Source: Rhodospirillales bacterium (lineage in GTDB: Bacteria; Pseudomonadota; Alphaproteobacteria; Rhodospirillales; UBA2165). Taken from it: a DNA stretch of 40,204 bases. The stretch is from assembly GCA_046582475.1 (NCBI GenBank), contig JAYGEH010000233.1, forward strand, positions 1 through 40,204, written 5' to 3'. The position numbers and the translations under genes were made by a program. Position 1 is the first letter of the stretch, and the number at the start of each line of letters is the position of its first letter. The notes under the pieces are model-generated. The model had not been told where the DNA came from and searched no databases. It saw only the letters and a program-made list of their open reading frames with translations. Below, piece by piece: positions 17,982-27,999 of this stretch.

Positions 17982-19010
17982 ATGATCAATTCACGCTCGA
18001 TTTTTGCATTCGCGGCGATGCTCGTTGGCCTTGGCGGATTTTCGCTAGGACAAGCGAACGCCGCGGGCGTTGCCGATTTCTACAATGGAAAAACAGTTTC
18101 AATTACCGTATCGGGCGGCGCCGGCGCGTCATTGGGCCTGTATTGCCGGCTGGTGGCCAAGCACTGGAAAAACCATATTCCCGGCAATCCCAACGTTATT
18201 TGCCAGTTCCGTCCGGGCGGCGGCGGAACCAAGGGTGCGGCCTGGGTCTATAACAAGGCCAAGAAAGACGGCACCGGCATCGGCCAAATACTTTCGCCAT
18301 CGGTGCTGGCCCCCACCTTGCGCGGCGCCAAATATGATGCCTCCAAATTTGTATGGATCGGCTCCGTCACGCCGCGTCCGGCGGTGGTCACGGTGTGGCA
18401 CACCTCGCCCGCCAAGACGGTGATGGAAGCCACCAAAATAGAGATCATTATGGGATCCACCGGGTTCGGCTCTGAAACGTACTTGTTGCCGAAATTCATG
18501 AACGCGACCTTGGGCACCAAATTCAAAATCATCCGGGGTTATAAAGGCGGCGCGCCCATCAACAAGGCGATGGAAGCAGGCGAAGTCAACGGCCGCATGA
18601 ATTATTGGACCGGCTGGACAACAGTGAAACAGGCCTGGCTGAAAGAGAAAAAGATCATTCAGCTTGTGCAGTACGGCCCCCGCATTCCGGGGCTTGATAC
18701 GCCGCACTTGCGCGATCTGCTCAAATCGGATGAGCATAAGCAGATGCTGACCTTCCTGGAATTGAGCGAGCATCTGGGCATGGGCTTCTGGGTGCCGCCG
18801 GGCGTTCCGGCTGACCGGGTTGCCGCCTTGCGCAAGTCCTTCTTCGCAACCATGGAAGATAAGGCATTCCTGGCCGACGCCAAAAGCAAGCGCGCCCGGG
18901 TCGAGCCGATTTCCGGCGACAAAATCGAGGCCTTGGCCAAAGCCGCCTTCGCCACGCCGGAACCGGTTATCGCCAATCTTCGCAAATTGCTGGGGTTCAA
19001 AAAGAAGTAG
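17982..19010 (+). CDS. tctC: Tripartite tricarboxylate transporter substrate-binding protein (Bug/TctC family)
   Basis: Signal peptide, 'DFYNGKTVSITV', 'HIPGNPNVI..RPGGGG', 'KDGTGIG', 'GYKGG..A.EAGEV', 'PPGVPADRVAALRKSF'. Confidence 0.92.
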   Translation: MINSRSIFAFAAMLVGLGGFSLGQANAAGVADFYNGKTVSITVSGGAGASLGLYCRLVAKHWKNHIPGNPNVICQFRPGGGGTKGAAWVYNKAKKDGTGIGQILSPSVLAPTLRGAKYDASKFVWIGSVTPRPAVVTVWHTSPAKTVMEATKIEIIMGSTGFGSETYLLPKFMNATLGTKFKIIRGYKGGAPINKAMEAGEVNGRMNYWTGWTTVKQAWLKEKKIIQLVQYGPRIPGLDTPHLRDLLKSDEHKQMLTFLELSEHLGMGFWVPPGVPADRVAALRKSFFATMEDKAFLADAKSKRARVEPISGDKIEALAKAAFATPEPVIANLRKLLGFKKK

Positions 19011-19044
19011 CACCGCAAGCCGATACCAAGTCACCAACACATCG

Positions 19045-19073
19045 AAGGCGCCCCCAAAAGGGGCGCCTTTTTT
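19045..19073 (+). terminator. Rho-independent terminator between convergent tctC and tctA-B
   Basis: Stem AAGGCGCCCC / GGGGCGCCTT, 5-nt loop CAAAA, followed by a T run. Confidence 0.85.
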
Positions 19074-21161
19074 CTACAGCAAATTCAGCCAGTTGGATGA
19101 GCGCAGGAACGGCAGCCAATCGCCGAGCAAGGCCTGCGGCCAAGGAATGATCAGGATCCGGTGAAACAGTATGTAGGATAACATCCAAGTGGTTCCGGCA
19201 ACCATGGCCGCCATTTTCCAGCTTTCGCGACCTTCAAAGCGAATATAGCAAACCAGGTACACCAGCATTGCCGGTAAAATGCCGATAACGAAGGCCGCCA
19301 GTAGGAAACCGGCGCACCATGCAAAATAGACCAACACGCGGCGAAGAATGGTGTTTGCGGACAAATCGCCATAATCGGCGGTGATATCGAAATGGGTCTC
19401 GGTTTTGGGCGTTGCTTCGGGCGCAATGGGAAGGCCGCCGGCGGATTGGAATTGCGGCGAACCGGGCGCGGAGAATAGTCCCGAGACCAACATAAAACCG
19501 ATCAACCCCACGGCTGTCCAGCCAACCACCTGCGGCACCAGCTTGGCGCCAAAATCCCAGTCCCAGGACACGGTGAGGGTGGCGGCAAATCCGATCAGAA
19601 GCAATCCGGTAAAATAGCTGTCGCCGCCGGGCCGGCGCAGTTGCAGCTTCGCCGAAGTCCGTTCGCCCTTGGTCCGGCGGTTGACCAGGAAGGATTTAAC
19701 CGTCGGCGCGAAAATGCCGTATAGGGACAGGGCGAACAAAATAATGACCAGGGGACGCGACAGCCATTCGGCGCCGTAGCGCTCGATCGAAATAAACATG
19801 TTGTTTTCGAAAATACCGCCAAGAACAAATCCCAGGATCAATGGCGGGCGCGGCCAGCGTAGCCGCTTCATCACCCATCCCACGACACCGATGCCGATCA
19901 GCACCAAAAGATCGCCCCATTCCTTTGAGCCCTGGAAAGCGCCGACGAATGTGATGGCGATGATCACCGGGGCAAGAATGCCGATCCGGACCAGGGCGAT
20001 CTTGGCCAGTTGATCGGCGAAGATGAAGCAAATGCCGGCACCGATAATGTTGGCGATGGCGATGCTCCACACCAGGGTGTAGGTAACGTCTAAATGCTTG
20101 CTCAGCATATCGGGGCCCGGATTTAGGCCATGGATCAGGAATGCCCCCAGCAACAATGCCATCGACGCGGTGCCGGGAACGCCAAATGCGATGGTCGGGA
20201 TCAACGCGCCGCCCTCTTTCGCATTGTTGGAACTCTCCGACGCGATGACGCCGCGGACGTCGCCCTTGCCGAAGGTCTGGTCGGAATTTTTTACCGTCTT
20301 CACCGCGTGCGCATAGGCAACCCAGTCGATAACCGACGCACCGATGCCAGGAATGGCGCCCAACAAGGAGCCGATGGACGAACAGCGGATCACCAGAAAC
20401 CAGTTCTTGAAAACGTCGCGGACGCCTTGCAATTGGTTTTTACGGGAATCCATGCGGCTGTCGCCGGCGATGGAATTTCGCGTGATCGCCATGTCGGCGA
20501 GTTCCGGCAGGGCGAACAGGCCGAGCGCGATGGGGACGATGGTGAACCCATCGTAAAGATACAGGCTATCGAAGGTCCAGCGCAGCGTGCCGGTTTGCGG
20601 ATCATCGCCGGTGGTGGCCAGCATCAGGCCGATACAGCAGCCGACCAGCCCCTTCATCGGGCTCGAGCCGCTCAAGACTGCGACAAGCGACAGGCCAAAG
20701 ACAACAAAAGCCAGGGTTTCTGGCGCGTTGATATGAAGCAGAACCGGGCGCAATATCGGCACGCTCAACGCCAGCAACAGCGCGCCGAACAATCCGCCGA
20801 ATACGGACGCCGTAAAGGCCGCCCCGAACGCCCGCCCGGCTTCACCCTTGCGCGCCATGGGATAGCCATCAAGGATCGTCGCCGCCGATCCGACCGTGCC
20901 GGGAACGCCGAACAGCACCGCAGGGATGGTATCGGAGGTCACCACCACCGCCTGCAAGCCCATCAAAAACGCCAGGGCGGTGAACGGATCCATATCGAAG
21001 GTAAACGGCAACAATAGGGACAGCCCAACCAGCCCGCCCAGCCCGGGAATAACGCCCAATACCAAGCCGATGATTACGCCCAGCCCCAGAAACGACAGCC
21101 GCAACGGATCGGACATGATCACGGCAGCCTTCCAGGCCATCCCCAGCATGTCTATTTCCAT
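19074..21161 (-). CDS. tctA: TTT permease TctA with fused C-terminal TctB-like domain
   Basis: 'GLVLGVIPGLGG', 'PGTVGSAATILDGYPMARKGEAGRA', 'ESSNNAKEGGALIPTIAFGVPG'; extra ~200 aa with about four hydrophobic segments at the C-terminus. Confidence 0.92.
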   Translation of the reverse strand: MEIDMLGMAWKAAVIMSDPLRLSFLGLGVIIGLVLGVIPGLGGLVGLSLLLPFTFDMDPFTALAFLMGLQAVVVTSDTIPAVLFGVPGTVGSAATILDGYPMARKGEAGRAFGAAFTASVFGGLFGALLLALSVPILRPVLLHINAPETLAFVVFGLSLVAVLSGSSPMKGLVGCCIGLMLATTGDDPQTGTLRWTFDSLYLYDGFTIVPIALGLFALPELADMAITRNSIAGDSRMDSRKNQLQGVRDVFKNWFLVIRCSSIGSLLGAIPGIGASVIDWVAYAHAVKTVKNSDQTFGKGDVRGVIASESSNNAKEGGALIPTIAFGVPGTASMALLLGAFLIHGLNPGPDMLSKHLDVTYTLVWSIAIANIIGAGICFIFADQLAKIALVRIGILAPVIIAITFVGAFQGSKEWGDLLVLIGIGVVGWVMKRLRWPRPPLILGFVLGGIFENNMFISIERYGAEWLSRPLVIILFALSLYGIFAPTVKSFLVNRRTKGERTSAKLQLRRPGGDSYFTGLLLIGFAATLTVSWDWDFGAKLVPQVVGWTAVGLIGFMLVSGLFSAPGSPQFQSAGGLPIAPEATPKTETHFDITADYGDLSANTILRRVLVYFAWCAGFLLAAFVIGILPAMLVYLVCYIRFEGRESWKMAAMVAGTTWMLSYILFHRILIIPWPQALLGDWLPFLRSSNWLNLL

Positions 21162-21373
21162 TTGGCCATCCTATCCAATCGGGTCGCAACTGTAACGATG
21201 GTGAATTTTAATCCACCGATATTTTTAGGACATGGTCCGAGGTGAAAACAAGGTCTGAGCAAGGCGCCCGGTAAAATATCTGCCATCGCGGCGCGCCACA
21301 TCTGCGTTGCACCCACTCGGCGCCGGGGCCATACTGGCCCGATAAACGAACGCCCAGAGGGGGAACGAGACCG

Positions 21374-23086
21374 ATGGATAAGAATGCCACGACAGAACGC
21401 CTGGATGGCGGCAAGGGGATGCTTGAAGCCTTCCGCAGGCTTGGTGTCGACTATATTTTTTCGTCGCCAGGGTCCGAATGGGCGCCCATATGGGAAGCGA
21501 TGGCCCACCAAAAGATGCACGGTGTCAACGGACCGGGCTTCCTCGATTGCTGGCACGAGACCCTGGCCGTCGATATGGCCATCGGCTACACCCTGTCGAC
21601 GGGCCGCATGCAGGCGGTGTTGATCCACGCCGGCGCCGGCCTCCTGCAAGGCGCCATGGGCATCCACGGCGCCCTGCAGAGCGAGGTGCCGATGGTGGTG
21701 ATGGCCGGCGAGACTTTGGCCTATGGCGAGGATCCCGGCTACGATCCGGGCGGACAATGGATACGCAATCTCTCCGTCGTTGGCGGGCCACACCGCCTGG
21801 TCGAGCCGCTGGTCAAATTCTCGACCCAGGTGACCAGCACGCACACGCTCTATGAATCGGTGATTCGGGCCGGCGAAATGGCGCAACGCCAGCCGCAGGC
21901 GCCGGTATTCCTCAACGTGCCATTGGAGGTGATGTTGGCCGATTGGCAACCGCCGGCCGCGCCCCGCCAGATTCCGGACAAGCCCATGACCCTGACACCG
22001 CCCGAGGATGTGGCCCGGCTGGCCGAATTGCTGATCAATGCCAAATGTCCGGTCATTACCACCGAAGGCGTCGGGCGCGATGGGTTGGCCTATGGCCTGC
22101 TGGTCGAACTCGCCGAGCTGATTGCGCTGCCGGTAGTCGAAGGCGGCTACCCGCTCTATTCCAATTTCCCGCGCGACAATGCGTTGCATCAAGGCTACGC
22201 CATGAAGCCGTTCTGGGACGAGATGGACGTCGCCTTGGTCATCGAAAGCCGCGTGCCCTGGTATCCGCCCAGCAACCGGCCGCCGCAGACGACCGTCGTG
22301 ATCATGGACGAAACCCCGCACCGCGAGCATATGGTCTATCAATCACTGCAGGCGGACGCCTATCTGGAAGGCAATGTCGCCAGAACCCTGGCTGATCTTA
22401 TCGCCGCGGTTAAGGCGATCGGCGTCGATGAGACCAAGGTAAAAGCGCGGCGCGCCAAGCTCGCCGAAAGCCACAACGCGCTGGCAGAGCAGATAAAGGT
22501 GGCCATCGAGGAAGCCACGGCCGCCCCGGCGATTGAGACCGCGGCCTTATGCGCGGCGCTCACCGAGGTCATGCCGCCCGAGACGATCTATTTGAACGAG
22601 CTGACCTCCCATGCCCGCGTGGCGCGCGAATATCTCAAGCTCACGCGCCCGAATACCTATTACTGCCGCCAGGGCGGTCTCGGCCAGGGCCTCGGTCTTG
22701 GCCTCGGTCTCAAGCTGGCGCAGCCGGACAAGCCGGTGGTCATCCTGATCGGCGACGGCGCCTTCCTCTATAATCCCGCGCTGCAGGCACTTGGCGCGTC
22801 CAGGGATTTCAATCTGCCAATTCTCATTGTCGTCTTCGACAATCAAAAATACGCGGCCATGCAGGGCAATACCAAAAGCAATTATCCCAGCGGCGCGGCG
22901 GTCGAGACCGACACCTATTTCGGTGTCCACATCAATGGTCCCGACTACGCCGAGATCGCCAAATTATATGGCGGCCATGGCGAAAAGGTGGTCGATCCGG
23001 CGCGTCTGACGGGCGCCATTGAGGACGCCCAAAAGGCCGTCGCCGGCGGCAGGACCGCGATCCTAAACATGGCCATGGCCCGCTAG
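21374..23086 (+). CDS. Thiamine diphosphate-dependent enzyme (acetolactate synthase/benzoylformate decarboxylase superfamily)
   Basis: 'FSSPGSE', catalytic 'WHE', ThDP motif GDGAFLYN...DNQKY. Confidence 0.92.
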   Translation: MDKNATTERLDGGKGMLEAFRRLGVDYIFSSPGSEWAPIWEAMAHQKMHGVNGPGFLDCWHETLAVDMAIGYTLSTGRMQAVLIHAGAGLLQGAMGIHGALQSEVPMVVMAGETLAYGEDPGYDPGGQWIRNLSVVGGPHRLVEPLVKFSTQVTSTHTLYESVIRAGEMAQRQPQAPVFLNVPLEVMLADWQPPAAPRQIPDKPMTLTPPEDVARLAELLINAKCPVITTEGVGRDGLAYGLLVELAELIALPVVEGGYPLYSNFPRDNALHQGYAMKPFWDEMDVALVIESRVPWYPPSNRPPQTTVVIMDETPHREHMVYQSLQADAYLEGNVARTLADLIAAVKAIGVDETKVKARRAKLAESHNALAEQIKVAIEEATAAPAIETAALCAALTEVMPPETIYLNELTSHARVAREYLKLTRPNTYYCRQGGLGQGLGLGLGLKLAQPDKPVVILIGDGAFLYNPALQALGASRDFNLPILIVVFDNQKYAAMQGNTKSNYPSGAAVETDTYFGVHINGPDYAEIAKLYGGHGEKVVDPARLTGAIEDAQKAVAGGRTAILNMAMAR

Positions 23087-23272
23087 TGGCCTGTGTCTTC
23101 TAATTTGCACCCCTACGATCTCTTTTCCAGTTTCCTGAAGTGGAGAAAGGGTGTGGGCGATGCGGGCCCATCGGCAAGCCCTTTCGACACTCCGAGGGAA
23201 CGGGAAAAGTGACCCGGAGGGCGGCGTTGCAAGGCTCCCGAGGGGTGCAAATTAGATGACACAGTCCGCTAG
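23083..23272. mobile_element. MITE-like element: 182 bp, 28-bp terminal inverted repeats, flanked by CTAG on both sides
   Basis: Left 23087-23114 TGGCCTGTGTCTTCTAATTTGCACCCCT versus reverse complement of 23241-23268 CGGACTGTGTCATCTAATTTGCACCCCT (3 mismatches); CTAG at 23083-23086 and 23269-23272; no ORF inside. Confidence 0.82.
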
Positions 23273-25209
23273 GTTACGGCGGCTTTCCGCCGAAGGCCCA
23301 ATTCGGCGCCGACCAATAGTCCCCCCGCCAGGATGCCGGCCAGATTGACGACTACTGGTGGCACCAGGACCATGGTCGGGCTCATGGCGGCGATGGCCGC
23401 GACCATAAAGGCCAGCCGCTTGGTCCAGTTCAGGGGGCTCACGAAATAGCCGATCAAGGCCACCGAAAACAGCCAGACACCTGCGACCGTGACAACGAAC
23501 GCATACAGGATTTCGGTGACCAATCCCTGCATGATCAGGCCCGGTGACAGGATAAACAAAAACGGGATCATATAGGCGAGCCAGCCGAGGCGGACGGCTT
23601 CGAAACCTGTTTTCATCGGGTCCGCGCGGGTCATGGAAGCGGCGGCGAAGGCGGCGATCGCCACCGGCGGCGTGATCATCGACATCATGCCGAAATACAG
23701 CACGAACAGGTGGGCGGCGATCGGTTGGATGCCGACTTCGATCAGCGATGGCGCCACCAGGGCGGCCACCAGGACATATACGCCGAGCGTCGGCATTCCC
23801 ATGCCGAGGACGATGCAGATCACCGCGGCCAAAAAAAGCAGCACTGCCAGATTGCCGCCGCCGACTTCCACCAAGGTATAGGTGAGCGCGAAGCCGAGAC
23901 CCGAGGTATTGAGCAGGCCGATCACCAGTCCGGCGACGGCGACGATCAGCAAAAGCTCGATGCAATTGCGCCCTGTCTCCTTGAGGGCGCGCAATAAAAG
24001 CCCGATGCCGGCGCGCTGACCGTCATAGCCGAAGATCGCGACAAATCCGAACAGCACAAGCGTGGCATACAGCGCCGCCGTTTCCGGCAATAAATTGGCC
24101 CCGAACAAGGCATAGATCAGCACCCCGAAGGGCAGCGGGAAAAACCATCCGGCGCGCAATATCGGCCCTATTTTCGGCTGTTTACTGGGGTCAATTTTTT
24201 CAATGCCGGTCTTGGCCGCGACCAGATCGGTCAGCACGAACAAGGCCAGGTAATAGAGAACGGCCGGAATAATTGCGGCCAGGACCACGTCGGCATAGGG
24301 AATTTCCAGAAACTCCGCCATCACGAAGGCCGAGGCCCCCATCAGCGGCGGCATCAACTGGCCGCCGGTCGAGGCGACCGCTTCGATGGCGCCGGCGGTC
24401 TCCTTCGTATAGCCCGATTCGCGCATCAGCGGAATGGTGACCACGCCGGTCGAGGCGACGTTGGAGACGGCGCTGCCCGATATCGAGCCGAACAGGCTGG
24501 AGGCGATCACCGCGATCTTGGCCGAGCCGCCCCGGTACTGACCCATCGCCGCCGTGGCGAGCCCGGTAAAAAACTTGGAGCCGCCGGAAAGATTGAGCAC
24601 CTGGCCCAGGAACAAAAAGGATATCACCACGGTGGTGCCGATTTTCAACGGCGCGCCGAGCAGCGCCTGGGGATCGAGCGCCAGCCCGATGATAAGTTCC
24701 TTGGTGTCGATTTCGCGGCCGACCAGGCGGCCCGGTATCAAATGCCCCCACATGGCATAGACAAAAAATATCAACAGAATGGCCACCAGAACCGGGCCGC
24801 CGGTGCGGCGCACGCCTTCGACGATCAGCAGCAGCATTATTACCGACGCCGTCAAGGCCTCCCAGGGCTGATAGGCGATCTCATTGGCCAGCCGGGGATA
24901 ATCGATATAGATGTAAATCGAGGTTGCGAATCCGAGCAAGGCCGCCAGCCCGTCGTACCAGGGCAGCCGGCCGGTGCCGCCTTTTATGGCCGGCGCGGTC
25001 AAATAGGCGAGGGGCAGGACGAGCCCCAGGACGGCGGCCAGAAACTGCTCGTTGTAGAGCGCCAGTCCCAACCACGCGTAAACATTCGCCGCCCAGCCGA
25101 TGGCCGCCAAGGTCAACAGGCCGGCGAGCACGGACACCAGCCCCCGGAGCGGCCTGTTGAGCCGTTCCGAAGCGCTGGTGTTATCGGTAGTTTGGTCTAA
25201 CGCGACCAT
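23269..25209 (-). CDS. TRAP transporter fused 4TM/12TM permease (TAXI-type)
   Basis: 'GGSAKIAVIASSLFGSISGSAVSNVASTG', 'AIEAVASTGGQLMPPLMGASAF', 'GMGMPT', 'ITPPVA'; ATG at 25209 (TTG at 25212 is an alternative). Confidence 0.93.
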   Translation of the reverse strand: MVALDQTTDNTSASERLNRPLRGLVSVLAGLLTLAAIGWAANVYAWLGLALYNEQFLAAVLGLVLPLAYLTAPAIKGGTGRLPWYDGLAALLGFATSIYIYIDYPRLANEIAYQPWEALTASVIMLLLIVEGVRRTGGPVLVAILLIFFVYAMWGHLIPGRLVGREIDTKELIIGLALDPQALLGAPLKIGTTVVISFLFLGQVLNLSGGSKFFTGLATAAMGQYRGGSAKIAVIASSLFGSISGSAVSNVASTGVVTIPLMRESGYTKETAGAIEAVASTGGQLMPPLMGASAFVMAEFLEIPYADVVLAAIIPAVLYYLALFVLTDLVAAKTGIEKIDPSKQPKIGPILRAGWFFPLPFGVLIYALFGANLLPETAALYATLVLFGFVAIFGYDGQRAGIGLLLRALKETGRNCIELLLIVAVAGLVIGLLNTSGLGFALTYTLVEVGGGNLAVLLFLAAVICIVLGMGMPTLGVYVLVAALVAPSLIEVGIQPIAAHLFVLYFGMMSMITPPVAIAAFAAASMTRADPMKTGFEAVRLGWLAYMIPFLFILSPGLIMQGLVTEILYAFVVTVAGVWLFSVALIGYFVSPLNWTKRLAFMVAAIAAMSPTMVLVPPVVVNLAGILAGGLLVGAELGLRRKAAVT

Positions 25210-25249
25210 CAAATTTGCGAGAATGTCGGATATCTTATTCGGACTTGGA

Positions 25250-26239
25250 CTAGTTCAGGCCGGCCTCTTTGTAATATTTAATGGCGCCCGGGTGGTAGGC
25301 AAGGCCGAGCACCTTTTTGTTGATCAGTTTCGGTGAAAAGCCGCGCAAAACGCCATGCGCGGCGATCAGCGCCTTTTTGTTTTGGTGAAGCGCCTTGGCG
25401 GCCTTGTAGGCGACGGCGTCGGAGACCTTCGAATTGGTAACGATCAGATAATCGAAGCCGATCATTTTTACCGGCTCGGTGATGTACGGCAGCCGCTTGG
25501 ACGGCTTGACGATGGTGAAATAGGCCGCCGGCGCGATTTTTTGCAATATGCCCAATGTCGACGGATCGGCCTTCATCGAGATAAACCGGATTTTGACTTT
25601 GGCGTGCGCTTTTCGAACCACCCCGGAACCAGGGGCCAGGAACGATCCGACCGTCCGCCCGGCGACCATTTCGTCGGTGCCGCGGACGAAATTCGGCACC
25701 GGCACGCCCTTGATATCGCTGAACGACATGCCTTCGGTGGCGAACGCGGCGGACACCAGGGTACCGACAAGTTTTTGGGCGGTAAATCCGGACGGAAAAT
25801 TCTGGCCCTTGAAACCGCTCAGCGAAGTGATTTTGGAGTCTTTTTTAACCATGAAGCCGACCTGAAATTCGAGCAGCCGGGCAAGAATGCGGAGATTGGG
25901 ATTTTTGCGGCCGTCAAAGGAGCCGGTGCCTGAGAGGGCGAAAATCGCATCGGGCGCCGCCGATGTCGACATCTGCAATTTGTTCTGATTGACCTGCGGG
26001 ATGTAAATGTTCGAGCCGCCGACGCCGATGGCGCGCATGGTTAAATCGGTTTTATCGCCGATCACTTTGGCGACTGCGGCGGCGATGGAGTAGGACAACG
26101 AGCCCTGCGGCAAGGCGCCGATGCTGACGGCTTGGGATTGCGCTGGTCCGCCCGGCAGTGCCAAGGCCGATGCGAATGCCAATCCGGCGGCAATGCTCAA
26201 TTTAAGGCCTGATTTCAAGCCTGATCGAATTACTGTCAT
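25250..26239 (-). CDS. TAXI-family TRAP solute-binding protein
   Basis: Signal peptide, 'SIGALPQGSLSY', 'GGSN', 'YHPGAIKYYKEAG' C-terminus; AGGAGG RBS. Confidence 0.9.
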   Translation of the reverse strand: MTVIRSGLKSGLKLSIAAGLAFASALALPGGPAQSQAVSIGALPQGSLSYSIAAAVAKVIGDKTDLTMRAIGVGGSNIYIPQVNQNKLQMSTSAAPDAIFALSGTGSFDGRKNPNLRILARLLEFQVGFMVKKDSKITSLSGFKGQNFPSGFTAQKLVGTLVSAAFATEGMSFSDIKGVPVPNFVRGTDEMVAGRTVGSFLAPGSGVVRKAHAKVKIRFISMKADPSTLGILQKIAPAAYFTIVKPSKRLPYITEPVKMIGFDYLIVTNSKVSDAVAYKAAKALHQNKKALIAAHGVLRGFSPKLINKKVLGLAYHPGAIKYYKEAGLN

Positions 26240-26395
26240 GAGGTTCCTCCTAGCTTTAATTTCATGAATTGCCGGCTAATAAATATTCCCAAGGGATAGC
26301 CGGCGGGAATGTCGACAAACGTTTGCTGCAATTGCGTATTAGATCACCTCGCCGGCAAAATGACTACCGGAAATTGTACGTCTGACTAATACCGC

Positions 26396-27883
26396 TCAGG
26401 GAGACACGGTCTCGCCGGGGGTGACCAGCCGCGCCGTCAATTCCGGCTTGATGATTTTCCCCAAGGCCGTTTTCGGCATTTCTTCGATAAAGAAAATACC
26501 CCGCGGCACCTTGTAGGACGCCAGGTTGGCCCGGCAATGGTCCAGCAATGCCTGCTCTTCGGCCAACCCTTTGAGGACCACAAATACGGCGACATCTTCG
26601 CCGCGCTTGGGGTGCGGCCAGGGCACCGCGACCGCGTCGCCAACCGCGGGATGGTCCAACAAAATCTGCTCGATTTCCGCCGGGTAAATATTGACACCGC
26701 TCCGGATGATCACGTCCTTGGCGCGTCCAACCAGATACAGCAAACCGTCTTCTTCGACCTTGCCAATGTCGCCGGGATAGAACCAACCGTCCCGGAACGC
26801 TTCGGCACTCGCCTCAGGATCATTGTAAAAACTGGTCGCCACAGCGGGGCCGCGATAGCGGATATGCCCGGCCACGCCGGCCGGCTTCTCGGCGCCGTCT
26901 TCGCCGACAATTTGGATTTCGGTCTGGTAAATAGGCTCACCGACCGAGGCCGCGGCAGCACCCGAATGTTTCGGCAACAAAACCGATGTGCCGCCGCCTT
27001 CGGTCGAGCCGTAGTAATTGATGAAATTGGGATTGAGACGGTCCAGGACGGCTTGGCGTTCGTCCGGATATAATATGGCGCCGGTGGATAGCAACCGGTT
27101 CAGGCCAGCCAATAACGGTGCGCCGCCATCGGGCAATTCCAGCAATTGCCGCAACAAAGTCGGCACCAACAGCAACGTCGTCGCTTCATATTTGCTGGCC
27201 GCCTCGATCAGGTCCGAGGGCTCGTAGGGCGGCGGAAACAGGATAACCGTGCCGCCGCTGAACAGGCTGCCCATGGCGAAGCTGCGGCCACCGCCGAAAT
27301 AAATCGGCGTCGCGCTGAGATACCGGTCGTGCTGGTTAAAACCCAAAGACACCCACTGGATAATGAAGCGGGCGATAAATTGATCATGGGTCAATGCCGG
27401 GCCTTTGGGGCGTCCGGTGGTTCCCGAGGACAGGGAAAGCACCACCGGCCGCGCACCGCCGGCGGCGCAAGGGGCGTCCGATTGGCGTTTGGCGATGGCT
27501 GCGTGCCAGGCGCCGGACATTTCAATTGAAGCGACACCCGCCAGTTCGGCGCCCGCTTCGACAACCACCAGTGCGACCCCGAAATATTCGGCAACGCGCC
27601 GTTTCTCAGGTCCCGTCCAACGCCAGTCGAGGGGCAGAATGACCGCGCCCAGCCGCGCAACCGCATACAATACCATCAAGTGATTGGCGCTGTCGCGAAG
27701 GCAGACGCCGACAATCGCGCCTTCGCCGATGCCTTGATCGCCGAGATGCCCGGCGATCCGGCGCACCAGACTATCGAGCTCGGAGTAGGGTATGGTCCGA
27801 TCGCCCTCGATAATGGCGGGATGGCTGGCGCGCCGCCCGGCATTCTCCTCCAAAGCGAGGGCGATGTTTTTATTGTCGAGCAA
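26396..27883 (-). CDS. Class I adenylate-forming enzyme (AMP-forming acyl/aryl-CoA ligase)
   Basis: P-loop SSGTTGRPKG, YYGSTEG, 'GWFYPGD', 'GRAKDVI', 'SYKVPR', 'PKTALGKI'; TTG start at 27883 with AAGAGG RBS preferred over the longer ORF call. Confidence 0.92.
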   Translation of the reverse strand: MLDNKNIALALEENAGRRASHPAIIEGDRTIPYSELDSLVRRIAGHLGDQGIGEGAIVGVCLRDSANHLMVLYAVARLGAVILPLDWRWTGPEKRRVAEYFGVALVVVEAGAELAGVASIEMSGAWHAAIAKRQSDAPCAAGGARPVVLSLSSGTTGRPKGPALTHDQFIARFIIQWVSLGFNQHDRYLSATPIYFGGGRSFAMGSLFSGGTVILFPPPYEPSDLIEAASKYEATTLLLVPTLLRQLLELPDGGAPLLAGLNRLLSTGAILYPDERQAVLDRLNPNFINYYGSTEGGGTSVLLPKHSGAAAASVGEPIYQTEIQIVGEDGAEKPAGVAGHIRYRGPAVATSFYNDPEASAEAFRDGWFYPGDIGKVEEDGLLYLVGRAKDVIIRSGVNIYPAEIEQILLDHPAVGDAVAVPWPHPKRGEDVAVFVVLKGLAEEQALLDHCRANLASYKVPRGIFFIEEMPKTALGKIIKPELTARLVTPGETVSP

Positions 27884-27999
27884 TGTTTTCCTCTTGAAAT
27901 TTGCGCAACTTTTATTTCCGGCGGTAGCTTCTTGCCCGTCCGCGGGAGTAATGGCAGGGTACGGGTCCTTTCCGCAATTTTGCAAGGCCCATTGATTCC

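Noticed and set aside
21152-22342. 396-aa minus-strand ORF (likewise 18129-19040, 20130-21017, 29627-30733, 30593-31591)
   Set aside because: Antisense or alternate-frame shadows of well-supported genes, expected at high GC.
22672-22712. GGC/CTC-rich short repeats
   Set aside because: They encode the GGLGQGLGLGLGL segment preceding the ThDP motif; coding low complexity.
26271-26304. Hairpin GCCGGCTA...TAGCCGGC upstream of the TAXI SBP as a riboswitch
   Set aside because: Only an 8-bp stem, with no recognisable aptamer consensus or U-tract.
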